Part shown: positions 13,701 to 24,567 of the stretch, in pieces
Numbering within the stretch: position 1 is the first letter of the stretch
How the letters are laid out: the number at the start of each line of letters is the position of its first letter
Source: Elsinoe ampelina
Taxonomy: Eukaryota
DNA length: 64,000 nt
Direction of reading: 5' to 3'
Assembly (NCBI GenBank): GCA_010093995.1
Contig: ML992504.1
Span: 186,001-250,000, forward strand
The notes under the pieces: model-generated
What the model saw: the letters and a program-made list of their open reading frames with translations, nothing else
The model's database searches: none
Told to the model about the DNA's origin: nothing
Translations under genes and position numbers: made by a program

Positions 13701-16700
13701 GAGGTATATAGTTAATAAATAGCATTATTAGCTACTATATCCCTACTATTATAACTCCTATTACTATTTATAACCTCTATAACTACTCTTATACTATTAT
13801 ACTCTAAGCCTTTATTAATACTAGTATACTTATTAGCGCTATAGTTAACTATAATATACTTAATAAGCTAAAGAGCTTTAGCTGCTCTATAGCGTTAGCT
13901 AGCTCTATTTAGCTTTAGGCTTATAATAGTATTCTAAAAGAATAAGTTACTTATAGTGTTCCTTTTACTACTACTATCTCTAGTAAGCTAAATACTCTTA
14001 CTACCTTCTATATTATAGATATTAGCTATTTTAATATTATTCTTAGCCTTAGCTAGCTTAAGGCTAATAGAGCTACTATCGACTATAAATATAGCTAAGT
14101 TATATATAAAGAAGATTTTATACTAGTCGTTATTAAGTAGAAGCTACTATAGCTAATTAAAAGACTAGGATCTAGATCTAAGTCTAGCTTAAATCTAGAA
14201 ATCTAGCTTAGTAAAATCCCTATTCTAGTTTAGAACTAGTTTAGTTCTAGTTTAGCTTACTAACTAGATTCTAGCTTAGCTACTAAGTTAGGATAGGCTA
14301 GACTATATTAACTACTAGCTCTTAGGTTAAACTTTAAGCTAGATTAGAGAGAGTTTAAGCTAGTCTCCTATAGTACTTAGTTAATATATAAGTTCTCCTA
14401 TATACTTACCTACGTAAGTAACACTAAATAAGAAGGACTAACTATTACCTTTATTAGTACTACTACCTTTATATTAGTAGCTAAATACTAAGAGAATAAG
14501 GTATTTATAATCTTAGTAAAGGACATTAAGGATTACTACTAAATAGTCTCTAAGCTAGAACTAGACTCTATAGTAGTTCTTCTAGAGGAGCTATATAAAT
14601 TTACTAATATCTTCTCTAAAGAGTAATCTAATATACTCTCTCTATATCGACTAGATTTTAATAACTATATTACTCTTAAAGATAGTACTAAATTACTATA
14701 TATAGAGCCTTTATACTACCTATCTCCTAAGAAGCTTAATATAGTAGAATAGTTTATCTATAAGTATCTTAATAAAGGCTTTATTATACTAAGCTTAGCT
14801 AGCTATTTCTTACCTATTCTCTTTATTTATAAGCTAGGTAAAGAGCTCTATCTCTATATTAATTACTATAGTCTTAATAAGGTAACTAAGTAAGATATTT
14901 ATCTACTACTCCTTATCGAGAAAATACTTATATATATAAGTAAGGCTAAATAGTTTAGTAAGATTAACATCTATTAAGTCTTCTACTACCTCTATAACTC
15001 TATCGATAGTAAGGACCTTACTATATTCTCTATATATATAGGCAACTTTAAGTAGTTAGTAATACTATTTAGTCTTACTAACGCCTCTATAGTATAGTAG
15101 AGGTTTATAAATTATAACTTTATTAATATACTAAAGTACTTCGTATTAATCTATCTTAATAATATTCTTATTTATACCGATAGTACTTATAGAAAGTATA
15201 CTAAGTATATTAAGCTAGTACTCTAGTAGCTCTATAAATTAGACCTAAATACTAATATTAAAAAGAGTAAGTTCTACCTAATAGAAGTAAAGTATCTTAG
15301 TATTATTATTAGCTAAGATAGAGTTAAGATAGATCCTAAGAAGATAGAAGCTATATAGGCGTAGAAATAGCTAGCCTCTAGTAACACTACTTAGGTAAGA
15401 AGCTTTATTAGTTTCTATAGCTACTATCGCTACTTTATTAAGGGATTTAGTACTATTACTAAGCTACTAAACGATCTACTTAAGAAGGATACTATACTAT
15501 AGAACGATAAATATACTACTATATTTAACTATATAAAGTATACTATTATAAATATACTTACCCTTATATACTTTAATTACTTAAAGTAGATAGTTCTCGA
15601 GACTAATACCTCTAATACTACTACTACTAGAATTCTATTATAGTATAACGAGTCTAATGTCCTTTAGTCTATTACCTTCTTTAGTAAATCTATAAGTAAA
15701 GCTAAACGTAACTACGCTATCTATAATAAAGAGCTACTAGCTATTATTTAAGCCTTTAAGGAATAGACCTCTAAACTTATAAGTACTTAATTAGATAAGG
15801 CTATTTATGTCCTTACTAACTACTAATCCCTAATATACTTTATAAGGACTTAAAAGCTATTACGCTACTAAGTATACTAAGCTCTCTACCTTATATAGTT
15901 TAACTTTAAGATTATATATAGGCCTAGTACTACTAATAGTAAGGCTAATATACTTATAAGGAGAAATAGTAACGTACTATACTTAAAGAAAGACCTTAAC
16001 CTACGCTAGACACTATTACTATATAAGGTACTTAATTAGTGTATTATCGACGAACTAAATCTAGGTTGTATCTAAATTAGATTACCGACCTAAGCTAAAC
16101 TAAGATCTAGTTTAGTACCTAGTTTATTACCTATATCGCTATCTAGTTTAGCTACTAAATTAGAATTTAGTTTATAAACTAGTTTACTACCTAGCTCGTT
16201 ACTTAATTTACTTTCTATTTTACTACCTATATTAGTACCTATCTTAGCTACTAAACTAGGCACCTATATAGTACCTATCTTAGCTATAGAAGAGCCTTTA
16301 CTCCTTTTTAATAAAGTAGCTAGAGCTAACTTATAAGACTCTAATTTCGAGTTAGTTTATAGTATCTACTATATAATAGAAGCCTTTCTAAAGAGAAAAT
16401 AGCTACTATTAACTAATGTTATAATTAAGAAGGAAATACTATAGGCTAATAGCTAACTAATTATACCTTTCTCTATAGCTATAAAGGTTATCTAAGGAGT
16501 TTATATATTAAGGAATTATATATATAGAGGAGCTACTAAGATAGCTACTATAATTAAGTCTACTTTCTATATCTCTAGATATAATAGTAACATTAAGAGG
16601 TTCGTCGCTAACTACTATAACTATAAATACTTAAAAGCTTACTATAGCTTACTAGCTAGTCTCCTATTACTATTACCTATTCTAGAAAGACCTTAGTAAT

Positions 16701-18250
16701 ATATTATAATAGACTTTATTACTAGTCTACCTCTAGTAGATAGCTATAACGTAGTACTCTATATAGTTAATTATCTATCTAAGGAATAGTACTTAATTCC
16801 TTACTTCTCTAGAGATAGAGATACTTTAGTATTTAAGATAGATAAGCTACTATTCTTCTACGTATAGAAGCTATATAGCCTACTAGATAGTATTACGTTT
16901 AACTATAGTCTTTAGTTCGTTAGTAACGTATAGAGTAGACTCTACTAGATCCTAAAGATTATAGCTAAGCTCTTAACTACTAGCTACCTCTAAACTAATA
17001 GCTAGTTAGAGGTTATAAACTAAAAGTTTAAACGAGTTATCTATTTATATATAATACACTTTAGTAACTAGACTCTAGTTCTACTAGTTATAGAATTCTC
17101 TATAAATACTAACCTCTTAAAGAGTACTAAACTATTACTATTTAAGGTAATAAGGAGATATAAGCTAAGAATAATCTTCTAGCTCTCTTCTAACGTACTA
17201 TCGACTAGAGCTAAGCTAAATAAAGCTAACATTTGTATACTTACTAAGTAGCTATAAGAGGTATTATTTATTACTAAGGTAAACCTCGCTATTACCTAGT
17301 TATATATAGTAAAATAAGCTAATAAATACTACTAGCTAATAGAGTTTAAGGTAGGTAATTTAGTTTAGCTATTAATAAAGAACCTCTAGCTATAAGGTAG
17401 TCTAAAGCTACTACTAAAGTATATTAGTCCTTATAAGATCCTCGAGAAATAATTGCTATTAGTATATAAGCTTAATTTACTAGCTACGCTATAAAGAATC
17501 TACCTAGTATTCTATATTAATCTCCTTACTAAATATCTAAATAACTCTCTACTAGGCTAAGTCTTTAAGGAACTACCTCTAGTAGAGGTTAATAGTAAAG
17601 AAGAGTATAAGGTAGACAATATAGTAGATATATATATACTCTATAGAAAGCTAGTTACTTACGTAAGTTAGAAAGACTATCTAGAAGATCTTACCTAGTA
17701 GCTAATTAATAATCTTAAAGAAGTAGTAGATGTACTACGTAACTATCTAGACTCTTATATAGATAAGCTAAGGCTAAAATAGATTAATAAATAATGTATA
17801 ATAGTATTTAAGAGTAAATATACTTAAGAGAGAAGATAGTAATATAAGATAGATATAAACTAAATTTAGTTAGAAGTTAGTTTAGATTAGTTATATAATC
17901 TCGGTAGAGTAGCCTAGGCTTCTAGCTACTTTACTCTTAATATTATATATACTTTATATACTAGTTCTTTTTCTTCTTCTTCTTCTTCTTCTAAGTCTTA
18001 ATATCTTAATAAATAGACGTAATTAACTCTTATCTTACTAGTCGTAATTACGTTATTATATAATAAAGTAATTACTAAGTAGATCTTAAGGAATAGGAAT
18101 TACTATAATTAATAGAGTTAGTATAAGTTATATTTATAGACTAATAAGATTATTAAAGTCTACTATAGTAGAGTAGAGACTATACTATAGTATAGTATAA
18201 ATCTATTATACTTTTATTTCTTAGCTATATAAATTTAAATAGTTTAGATA
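10750..18250 (+). mobile_element. hAT transposase remnant (~10750-11741 and ~18056-18250), split by the gypsy insertion
   Basis: De-RIP motifs HTGEAMA (~10860), TVDNASNN (~10945), IPCLAHVINLIVQ (~11040), D-V-K-x-RWNSTY (~11350), and KVYYS after the insertion (~18156). Confidence 0.85.
11747..18050 (+). mobile_element. Full-length Ty3/gypsy chromovirus D (6.3 kb), RIP-inactivated
   Basis: LTRs 11747-11954 and 17840-18050, TSD CGTTA at 11742-11746 and 18051-18055, purine tract before the 3' LTR. Motifs: CYVCGKLGHISTKC (~13392), MPFGLTNAP (~15062), YLDDILIY (~15152), ETDASD (~15599), AERNYAIHDKELLAI (~15701), RPWQHITMDFITGLP (~16688), chromodomain EEYEVD (~17600). Confidence 0.95.
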
Positions 18251-18469
18251 ATTTATAGATTTAAGTTTAGACTATTAGAATTTCTACTTTACTATTACTT
18301 TACGTAAGATAGTCTAAAACGTACTAGTAGCCTCTATATAATTATAAATATTAATTATAACTAGTAATTTTAATTCTAGAGATTAAAATATATAATATAT
18401 ATATAGGATTAAAGTATTATTATATTATATTACTATAGTAAAGAAATTTATTACTTTACCTATACTATT

Positions 18470-19035
18470 TCTCTAGTATAAGCTACTATCTAAAACTCTA
18501 ATCCTTACCTAACTACTAACTATAAACTTCTAATAGTAGTACTTAGTAAGGCTAGAGTCCTTATAATTAATAGTAATATACTTAGTATAGATAGTATTAA
18601 GGTTTATATCTATAAATAAGTATTAATCGAGGTTTTAATATATATTAAATAGGTATATACCTTCTATATCTCTAATAATAAATACCTCTACTAATTCTTA
18701 GAGAGCTTTAAGTATATTAGATATCTAGTGCTTAACCTTAAGAGTAAGCTATATATTTTAGAATATCTTATAGATAAGACAAGAAAAGAGAAGTTTATAG
18801 AATAATAATTAGACTTTCTTCTAGTAGTAATAAATCTTATAGAGAGTAATAGCTATCTTCTATTAGTTCTACTTTATAATTAGAAACTATAATAATTACT
18901 ACTAGGCTTAAATCTCTACTTCTTTCTAGGCTTAGCTTTAGATTATAGTATCTTCTTTATAGTAAGTTACTTCTCTTTATAACTTCTTTCTCTAGGACTA
19001 ATAGTAGCTTAAGAACAACTCTTAGTATATACTAT
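18470..19035 (-). pseudogene. Histone H3-like gene copy 2 (RIP-mutated); 3' end approximate
   Basis: De-RIP translation: [56 protein letters not shown]..EVER(W)TSDALEALQESAEAFIVRDME|[18 protein letters not shown]. Introns 18899-18853 and 18660-18610 sit at the same positions as in copy 1. Confidence 0.9.
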
Positions 19036-19095
19036 AGTAAAGTAAGAGGTTATTTATATATAGCTAAGAAGTTAAAGTTTATATATAAAATTTTA

Positions 19096-19266
19096 ATATA
19101 TATAAAATAGTAAAAAGGAGAGCTAGAGTAAGAAATATAAAATCTATTATTAGATATACTATTTACTATTAATAATAAAGAATAATAGAAGAATAGTAAA
19201 TAACTTATATAATAATAGATTTTTTATTCCTTACTCTAGTCTCCTCTTTTATTATTTTATATATTT
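19096..19266. repeat. ~60 bp inverted repeat pair upstream of H3-like copy 2
   Basis: atatataaaatagtaaaaaggagagctagagtaagaaatataaaatctattatta (from ~19098) versus the reverse complement of ~19210-19264, atatataaaataataaaagaggagactagagtaaggaataaaaaatctattatta. Confidence 0.8.
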
Positions 19267-19399
19267 ATAAATTATAAATTTCTAACTCTAACTTTACCTT
19301 TATACCTTTACCTCTCTTACTTACCTTATATATAATTTATATACTATAAATACTCTTTTTATTACCTTTAATTAAATATCTATACCTATAGAAGATATT

Positions 19400-20458
19400 A
19401 AGATAGAGTAGAAAGAGTAGGTAGTAATTAAGTAAGAAGAAAACTTTAGAGAAAATATTCTAAAGAAATTATTAAGAGTATTAATTATAGTCTCTTATTA
19501 TATATAGTTACTAATAATACTAGGAGTTTAATTCTAAGTAGTAGAAAATTAAATACTAGATCTCTTAGTATAGTACTAGTTAATCTAGAAGAGGCTATAA
19601 GACTAGATTTATTACTAGATACTTTAGACCTCTAAGTTAAAGTACTTATACTATTAAGTAGAGAGATTATACTTCTTAGTATATATATAAGAAGTAAGCT
19701 CTCTATACTACTTAAGTAGTAGATTATAAAGTAGTTAGTACTTTATATAATAAGGTTAAGAGAGAGAATAGATAGAATTAGCTCTCTACTAATAAGTAGA
19801 ATATTAAAATTAATAGTACTATTAAAGAGATAAAGGAGAAATACTTTAATAAATAGAGGAGTAATAAGTCTATTATTATAGTATACTATTATAGTAGTAC
19901 TAATTATTATAGGTAAGTAGCTTAAATTTATATTTATATAGACCTATAAGAAATAGACTAGTATTAAAAAGACTCTATAAAAGTAAAAGTATAATAAGAT
20001 TATTAAGTATATCTAAGATAATATAGTATTAAGGTTAAAGATAAGTTAGATAGTAAAGATAAGAATAATAAGATTATAGAGTACTCTAAGCTTAAGACTA
20101 ATAGCAATAATAATAATAAGAATAAGAATAAGAATATAAAGAGTAAAAATACTACTAAGGTTAAGAATAAGAAGATATCTAATACCTAGATATAATAGAG
20201 ATTAAAAGTATATATTCTATAAGTAGTAGTATTAGAGAATATAGTTTATAATTAGAATCTATAATTAGTAATTATACTCTATTATTTTATATATTACTAA
20301 TAACCTATAGAGTGCAAAATTTATAACTCTACCCTAACCTACCCCTAGGCTTAGCTAACCCTAACCCTACCTACCTTAGCTAAGCCTAGGGGTGGGTTAG
20401 AGTAGGGGTAGGTTACCTAGAAAAATTCTTGACTCTACCCTACCCTACGACCACCCTA
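19400..20458 (+). mobile_element. Probable 3' part of a hAT element: dimerisation-domain remnant, acidic tail and right terminus
   Basis: DPLAW-like (~19560) and VERL..SA-like (~19660) remnants; aat/aag runs consistent with RIP-mutated GAT/GAG. The terminus reads TAGGGTGGTCGTAGGG on the minus strand (hAT-type (C/T)AGGG end) exactly at the AT/GC boundary, with subterminal CCCTA repeats. Confidence 0.6.
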
Positions 20459-20937
20459 ATCTAGCTGCATGAGGATCTATACTACCTTCGGAAGCACTGT
20501 TAAAAGCTTAAAACGGCCTTGTAGAGACGATTCACGATTGTCGACGATTACAAGAAGTAAACGGCCTCTGACTCTGTCTCACGACAAGAGCGAAGCTCGG
20601 ACGCCCGGAAGAGGATACTTGCCCTGGTTGACTGTCACTGTAAGGTTGGTTGTGGAATACCATGTTTGGTTATCGCTGCGCCGCCATGCATCTGTGTTTG
20701 AAATAGTACTGTTTACATGAGGGCAGTCTCGTATTCTCGGAACTCACGGCCAATGCGAATGCGAAGCTCTGAAGCAGAGAAATTGCAACATGTGCGTATT
20801 TAGACAGCCCCAAAGGTTGGAGCGGATGTAGAGAAATATAAAAAGCCAGGAAGGGACCGGCCTTGAATCCACAACACACAACAACTGGTCCTCTCTTCAG
20901 TCTCAAAGGAATCCAGCCAACATCCACAGCACTCGAT

Positions 20938-21544
20938 ATGCGTTTCAATATTGCTCTCCTTTTGCCATTGGCAGTCTTGCAGGGGGTCGCCCTCGCCGCA
21001 CCTGTTGAGCCTACTCTCGGTAACGCAGAAGTCACCAGTAGGTTCTCATCTGGTGACCATATCCCTTTGACACGACCACTAACACGCTATAGCCTACACC
21101 GTTGAGGACGCCACGGCTCAAGGTCTTCTTCCTGCCGAGGGCGCTGCTACTAAGGATCTTGTCACTCGTGACAACATCCCAAAAAACGCACACAAGGCGT
21201 ACAATTTCGTCCCATCGATTTTTGCTTCTAAGCCAACAAGAACTCTCCTTACCATTAACGGTGTGACTGTATTCATCGTGGCTTGGTATGTCAACATTTA
21301 CAGCATGATGTACCGGCTTGAGGGTGTTGTTGGCCGTAAGAATCCCGCCATTGATCTATACCATGCCCAATACTGACAGAAAGCAGAGTCCCATCCCACC
21401 TTCCTCTCATTCGGCCTTCTCGACGCAGTCACTGGTATCGTCGGTCCTGTCATACGTCACGACTACTCCACCATCTACTCGATCAGCCCTAAAACCGGCC
21501 AATTGATGCAGCTCGACAACCCTTGGATCCCGTGGTGGATGTAG
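20938..21544 (+). CDS. Small secreted protein, 166 aa, with predicted Kex2-processed pro-domain (effector candidate); exons 20938-21037, 21093-21335, 21387-21544
   Basis: Two canonical introns give MRFNIALLLPLAVLQGVALA-APVEPT..KDLVTR-DNIPKNAHKAYNFVPSIF..LDNPWIPWWM*. Signal peptide, LxxR site, no Cys. TATAAAA at ~20837. Confidence 0.88.
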
Positions 21545-22521
21545 AGGTTGGTACCTAGAGCTGATGGGGGAATGGTAGTGGCGGCTGTCGACCTCTTTTT
21601 CAGAAGTCTTGTGGCTCACTTGACCATGAGTCACTCGTTTATCCAACTGTAGTCGCTCGTTTCAATGTACCATACTTATTTCGAGCCACCGCTGTATTCG
21701 TGGAGAGCGTTGAAAGACGCGTCCGGGTCTGCCCATTTAAGCCTCAGAAGCTCGAGTCACTCCTCGCGTGAGAGATTCAGCACCCTTGCATGCGAAGATT
21801 CTCAGCGGCGCTAGATTTCAAGTCGGCCCGTACGTGGTGTATAGTGAAGCGATCCTCGGTGACCTATCAAGTCGGATGGAGGGAACGTGCGAAGCTCCAC
21901 ATCACTCATCCAAATCGCAAGTCGTGAGGACCTCGGTTGGAAGGTACTGTAACGCTGGCGAAATGGATGCTCTGTTGTCTTCCACAACGGGGAGATCTCC
22001 ACCAAAGACCCGCGAGCCTGGCGGGAAAATGGCAACGGTTCTCCTCGGCCGTCCGAACATCCACATGTACAGTAAGGCTGAGGGCTTGCAACGGCGCACA
22101 GTATCCATATGCCTGCCACGTCCGTTTCTTTGGACATGCCTTGACCCAGCGTTGGAGGTCAGTGCCTGCCATCGATCGAGGGTGAGAAAGTTGTCTGGTG
22201 TCTCGCTGCCTTGAATGATATGGAGGAAGTGGATCAGAAGACTGGGCGTTGGGATTTTTTCTCCGGTGGCAGCGTGTTGACTTGTGGGTGGGGAGAAGAG
22301 AGACTTGTTACTGCCTGATCCACCAAAATTAGGTGGATTGTAACTGCATATATACTCAACCCGATGAACCGAGAAATAACTAATCAAAAGAAGTTCTTAA
22401 TAGTAACAGATTGAAAAATAACCCTCCAATTTGAACTGAATATATGAGTGATGAAACACTAACTTCACAACTCGTAATCTTTCACTCTCTCAGTTTCCGC
22501 GCCTCGGAGGACCCCTGCGCT

Positions 22522-23438
22522 TCAAACCACAACCGTCCCATTCTCCCCCGTAATCAACTCAATCTCGCCAGGAATCACCGTCCCATTATCCACCGCCGCC
22601 GCATGGCCCCGAGCCAACATGCCATAAACAGGCATATACTTGTCCAAGAAAGGCAACACCTCTCTCGCACCCGGGGTATTCCTCCAATCACGCATCAAAT
22701 CACACACAATCGAGAACAAGCTGACCAACTGCACGCCCGCCTTCTCCATGCGAGAATTGGCCGTGTCCCGGATCAGCTGCGTCGTGGTGCCTGACCCTTC
22801 GATGTTGGCGAAGGCCGAGTAGCCCTCGGCGCGCAGCGAGAGGGCGAGGAAAGCCGTGCACACGTCCGTGACGATGCCGGCGACGATGATCTGTTTCTTG
22901 CCCGAAGCTTCGATGGCGGCGCGGAATTCAGGGTTGTCCCATGCACTATTTTTTGTTGACAAACGTCAGCCTGGCGGAACGGTAGAAGATGTGTGCCGGG
23001 GAAGGGCTTACTTGACTTCACCCTGGCGGCGGATGAGGGGGGCGTCCGGGTACATCTCGAGCATTTGCTTGGGGAGTGGCCCGTTGGGACCTTGGTCGGC
23101 GGAGGTGGTAAGGACGACGGGGAGGTTGAAGAGTTTGCCTAGCTCGGCGTGGGCCATGATGTTTTCACGGTAGAGGGTGGCGTCCCAGTCGCGGGCGAGT
23201 TGGTAGAGACCGACTTGGAGGTCGAGGATGAGGAGGAGCTTGGGATTGTCAGTGGGTCGTGGGGACCAAGGGAGGGGCTTCATCACGGACCGAGTTGTTC
23301 TTGTCGATGCGCTCCCATGGTACAGCTGGGAGTGTCAGAGGGGACAGGTGCTCTTCCAGAAAGGTGCAGCGTACCATCACCACTGACAGCAGTCAGGAGA
23401 GCTCCAATGAGGAGAGCAATGGTGGTTTCGAATTTCAT
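22522..23438 (-). CDS. Isochorismatase-family hydrolase (YcaC-like) with signal peptide, spliced
   Basis: LLILDLQVGL, VVLTTS..GPNGPL, IIVAGIVTDVCTAF motifs; N-terminus MKFETTIALLIGALLTAVSG; three introns apparent. Confidence 0.92.
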
Positions 23439-24567
23439 CTTAAGATGTGATATAGCAGAGATTGTATCCTTCAAAGTCTGGTGGTCGATATCGCTCAGGG
23501 ATGATGAGATGCACCTCTTCACCGTCCATGGCACCCACTTTATACCTCCCCCGCCGCCCAAAGTTGGTTACAAAGAGCCCACCTCCTACCTCGTTGATAA
23601 TGCTGAGTCAAAGGACCTGTAAGCCATTGTGACATGCATCGCACAATCACCTGCATGTCGAGCGAACTCGCTTGATCATTGCTTGGTGGATTATTGTTCC
23701 CAGCGAAAGGGCAATACGAGGATGGTACAGGCGCCGGTGGAGGGGTAAGCGTCCGGATATCATCAATCAACAATTTTTGACTAATGATTAGGAACTGGTA
23801 GGCAGCGTGCCGATCTGTCTTGGCGAGTCCTTCTCCTCCGCGACTGATCAGGCCCTGGCAATGGAAGCCTGGGGTCACTTCTTTTGATGATTCCTCCTTG
23901 ACAAAGCTCTGTCAGATCTTCGATCACACTTTTCAACAAATTTTTACCTCGTCATCGTCAAAATATCGTGCAACCTGTCGCGGCAAACGAGCAGAATATA
24001 CCTGACAATTGCTTACTCACCTCCTCCGAACGGTATATTGTGGCTTGAGGCTAGGAGGTGAGGGGACCCAAGGTCCCGACATGGTCCCGACGAAGTATCA
24101 GGCCTTGCTATCTATGTACTGCCCACCATGCAGTATCTTCTGCCCGAGAGTACTTGGTTGTCCATACGACACGTCCAATCATAGCAAAGTCGAATGACGC
24201 TGCCGGCATTTCCGGGATCAGTATCCTGCTTTACTGGGAGCTGCAGGCTGGTCTTGCTTGTCAATTGCAGTGTTCAGCTGGAGCCATCACGTTTGCAGAG
24301 TGATGAAGCTGTCGGATAAAGAATACCGCACCTCACTTCCCTGCTTCCATCTGCATGTTGATGAGGTGTGCAGGGTCAGGGCAAGCTCAGCTCAACTCAG
24401 CTCATTCCCTGCAGCTCGGCACCGGCACAAACCATCTTGCAAATGTGTCTTGATTGTTCGTAATCATTAATGTTAAGTGGGGTATCGTATCGTATCATTC
24501 CCGACGACCAAACGCCATGCCTGCTCGCGTATGCTACATCACTTCTCTGTTCCCGCTGTGCGCTGTA

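Larger units (their letters stand above)
840..20458. repeat. AT-rich, RIP-degenerated nested transposon block
   Basis: Very low GC, strong TpA excess with CpA/TpG nearly absent, no ORFs in the track, and transposon motifs recoverable by reversing C>T/G>A changes. Both boundaries are abrupt. Confidence 0.97.

Noticed and set aside
9730..19035. Functional host histone H3 or CenH3 locus
   Set aside because: Both copies contain many RIP-derived stops, one carries an LTR insertion, and no H4 partner is adjacent.
20327..20458. Telomere or interstitial telomere
   Set aside because: Only isolated CCCTAA units inside a palindrome, no tandem array, and genes continue on both sides.
840..20458. Centromere
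   Set aside because: AT-rich transposon blocks are common in RIP genomes; nothing in the sequence alone identifies a centromere, and CenH3 ChIP or Hi-C would be needed.
21768..22387. Overlapping 82-161 aa ORFs
   Set aside because: No recognisable motif, splice pattern or consistent frame; treated as intergenic or unresolved.
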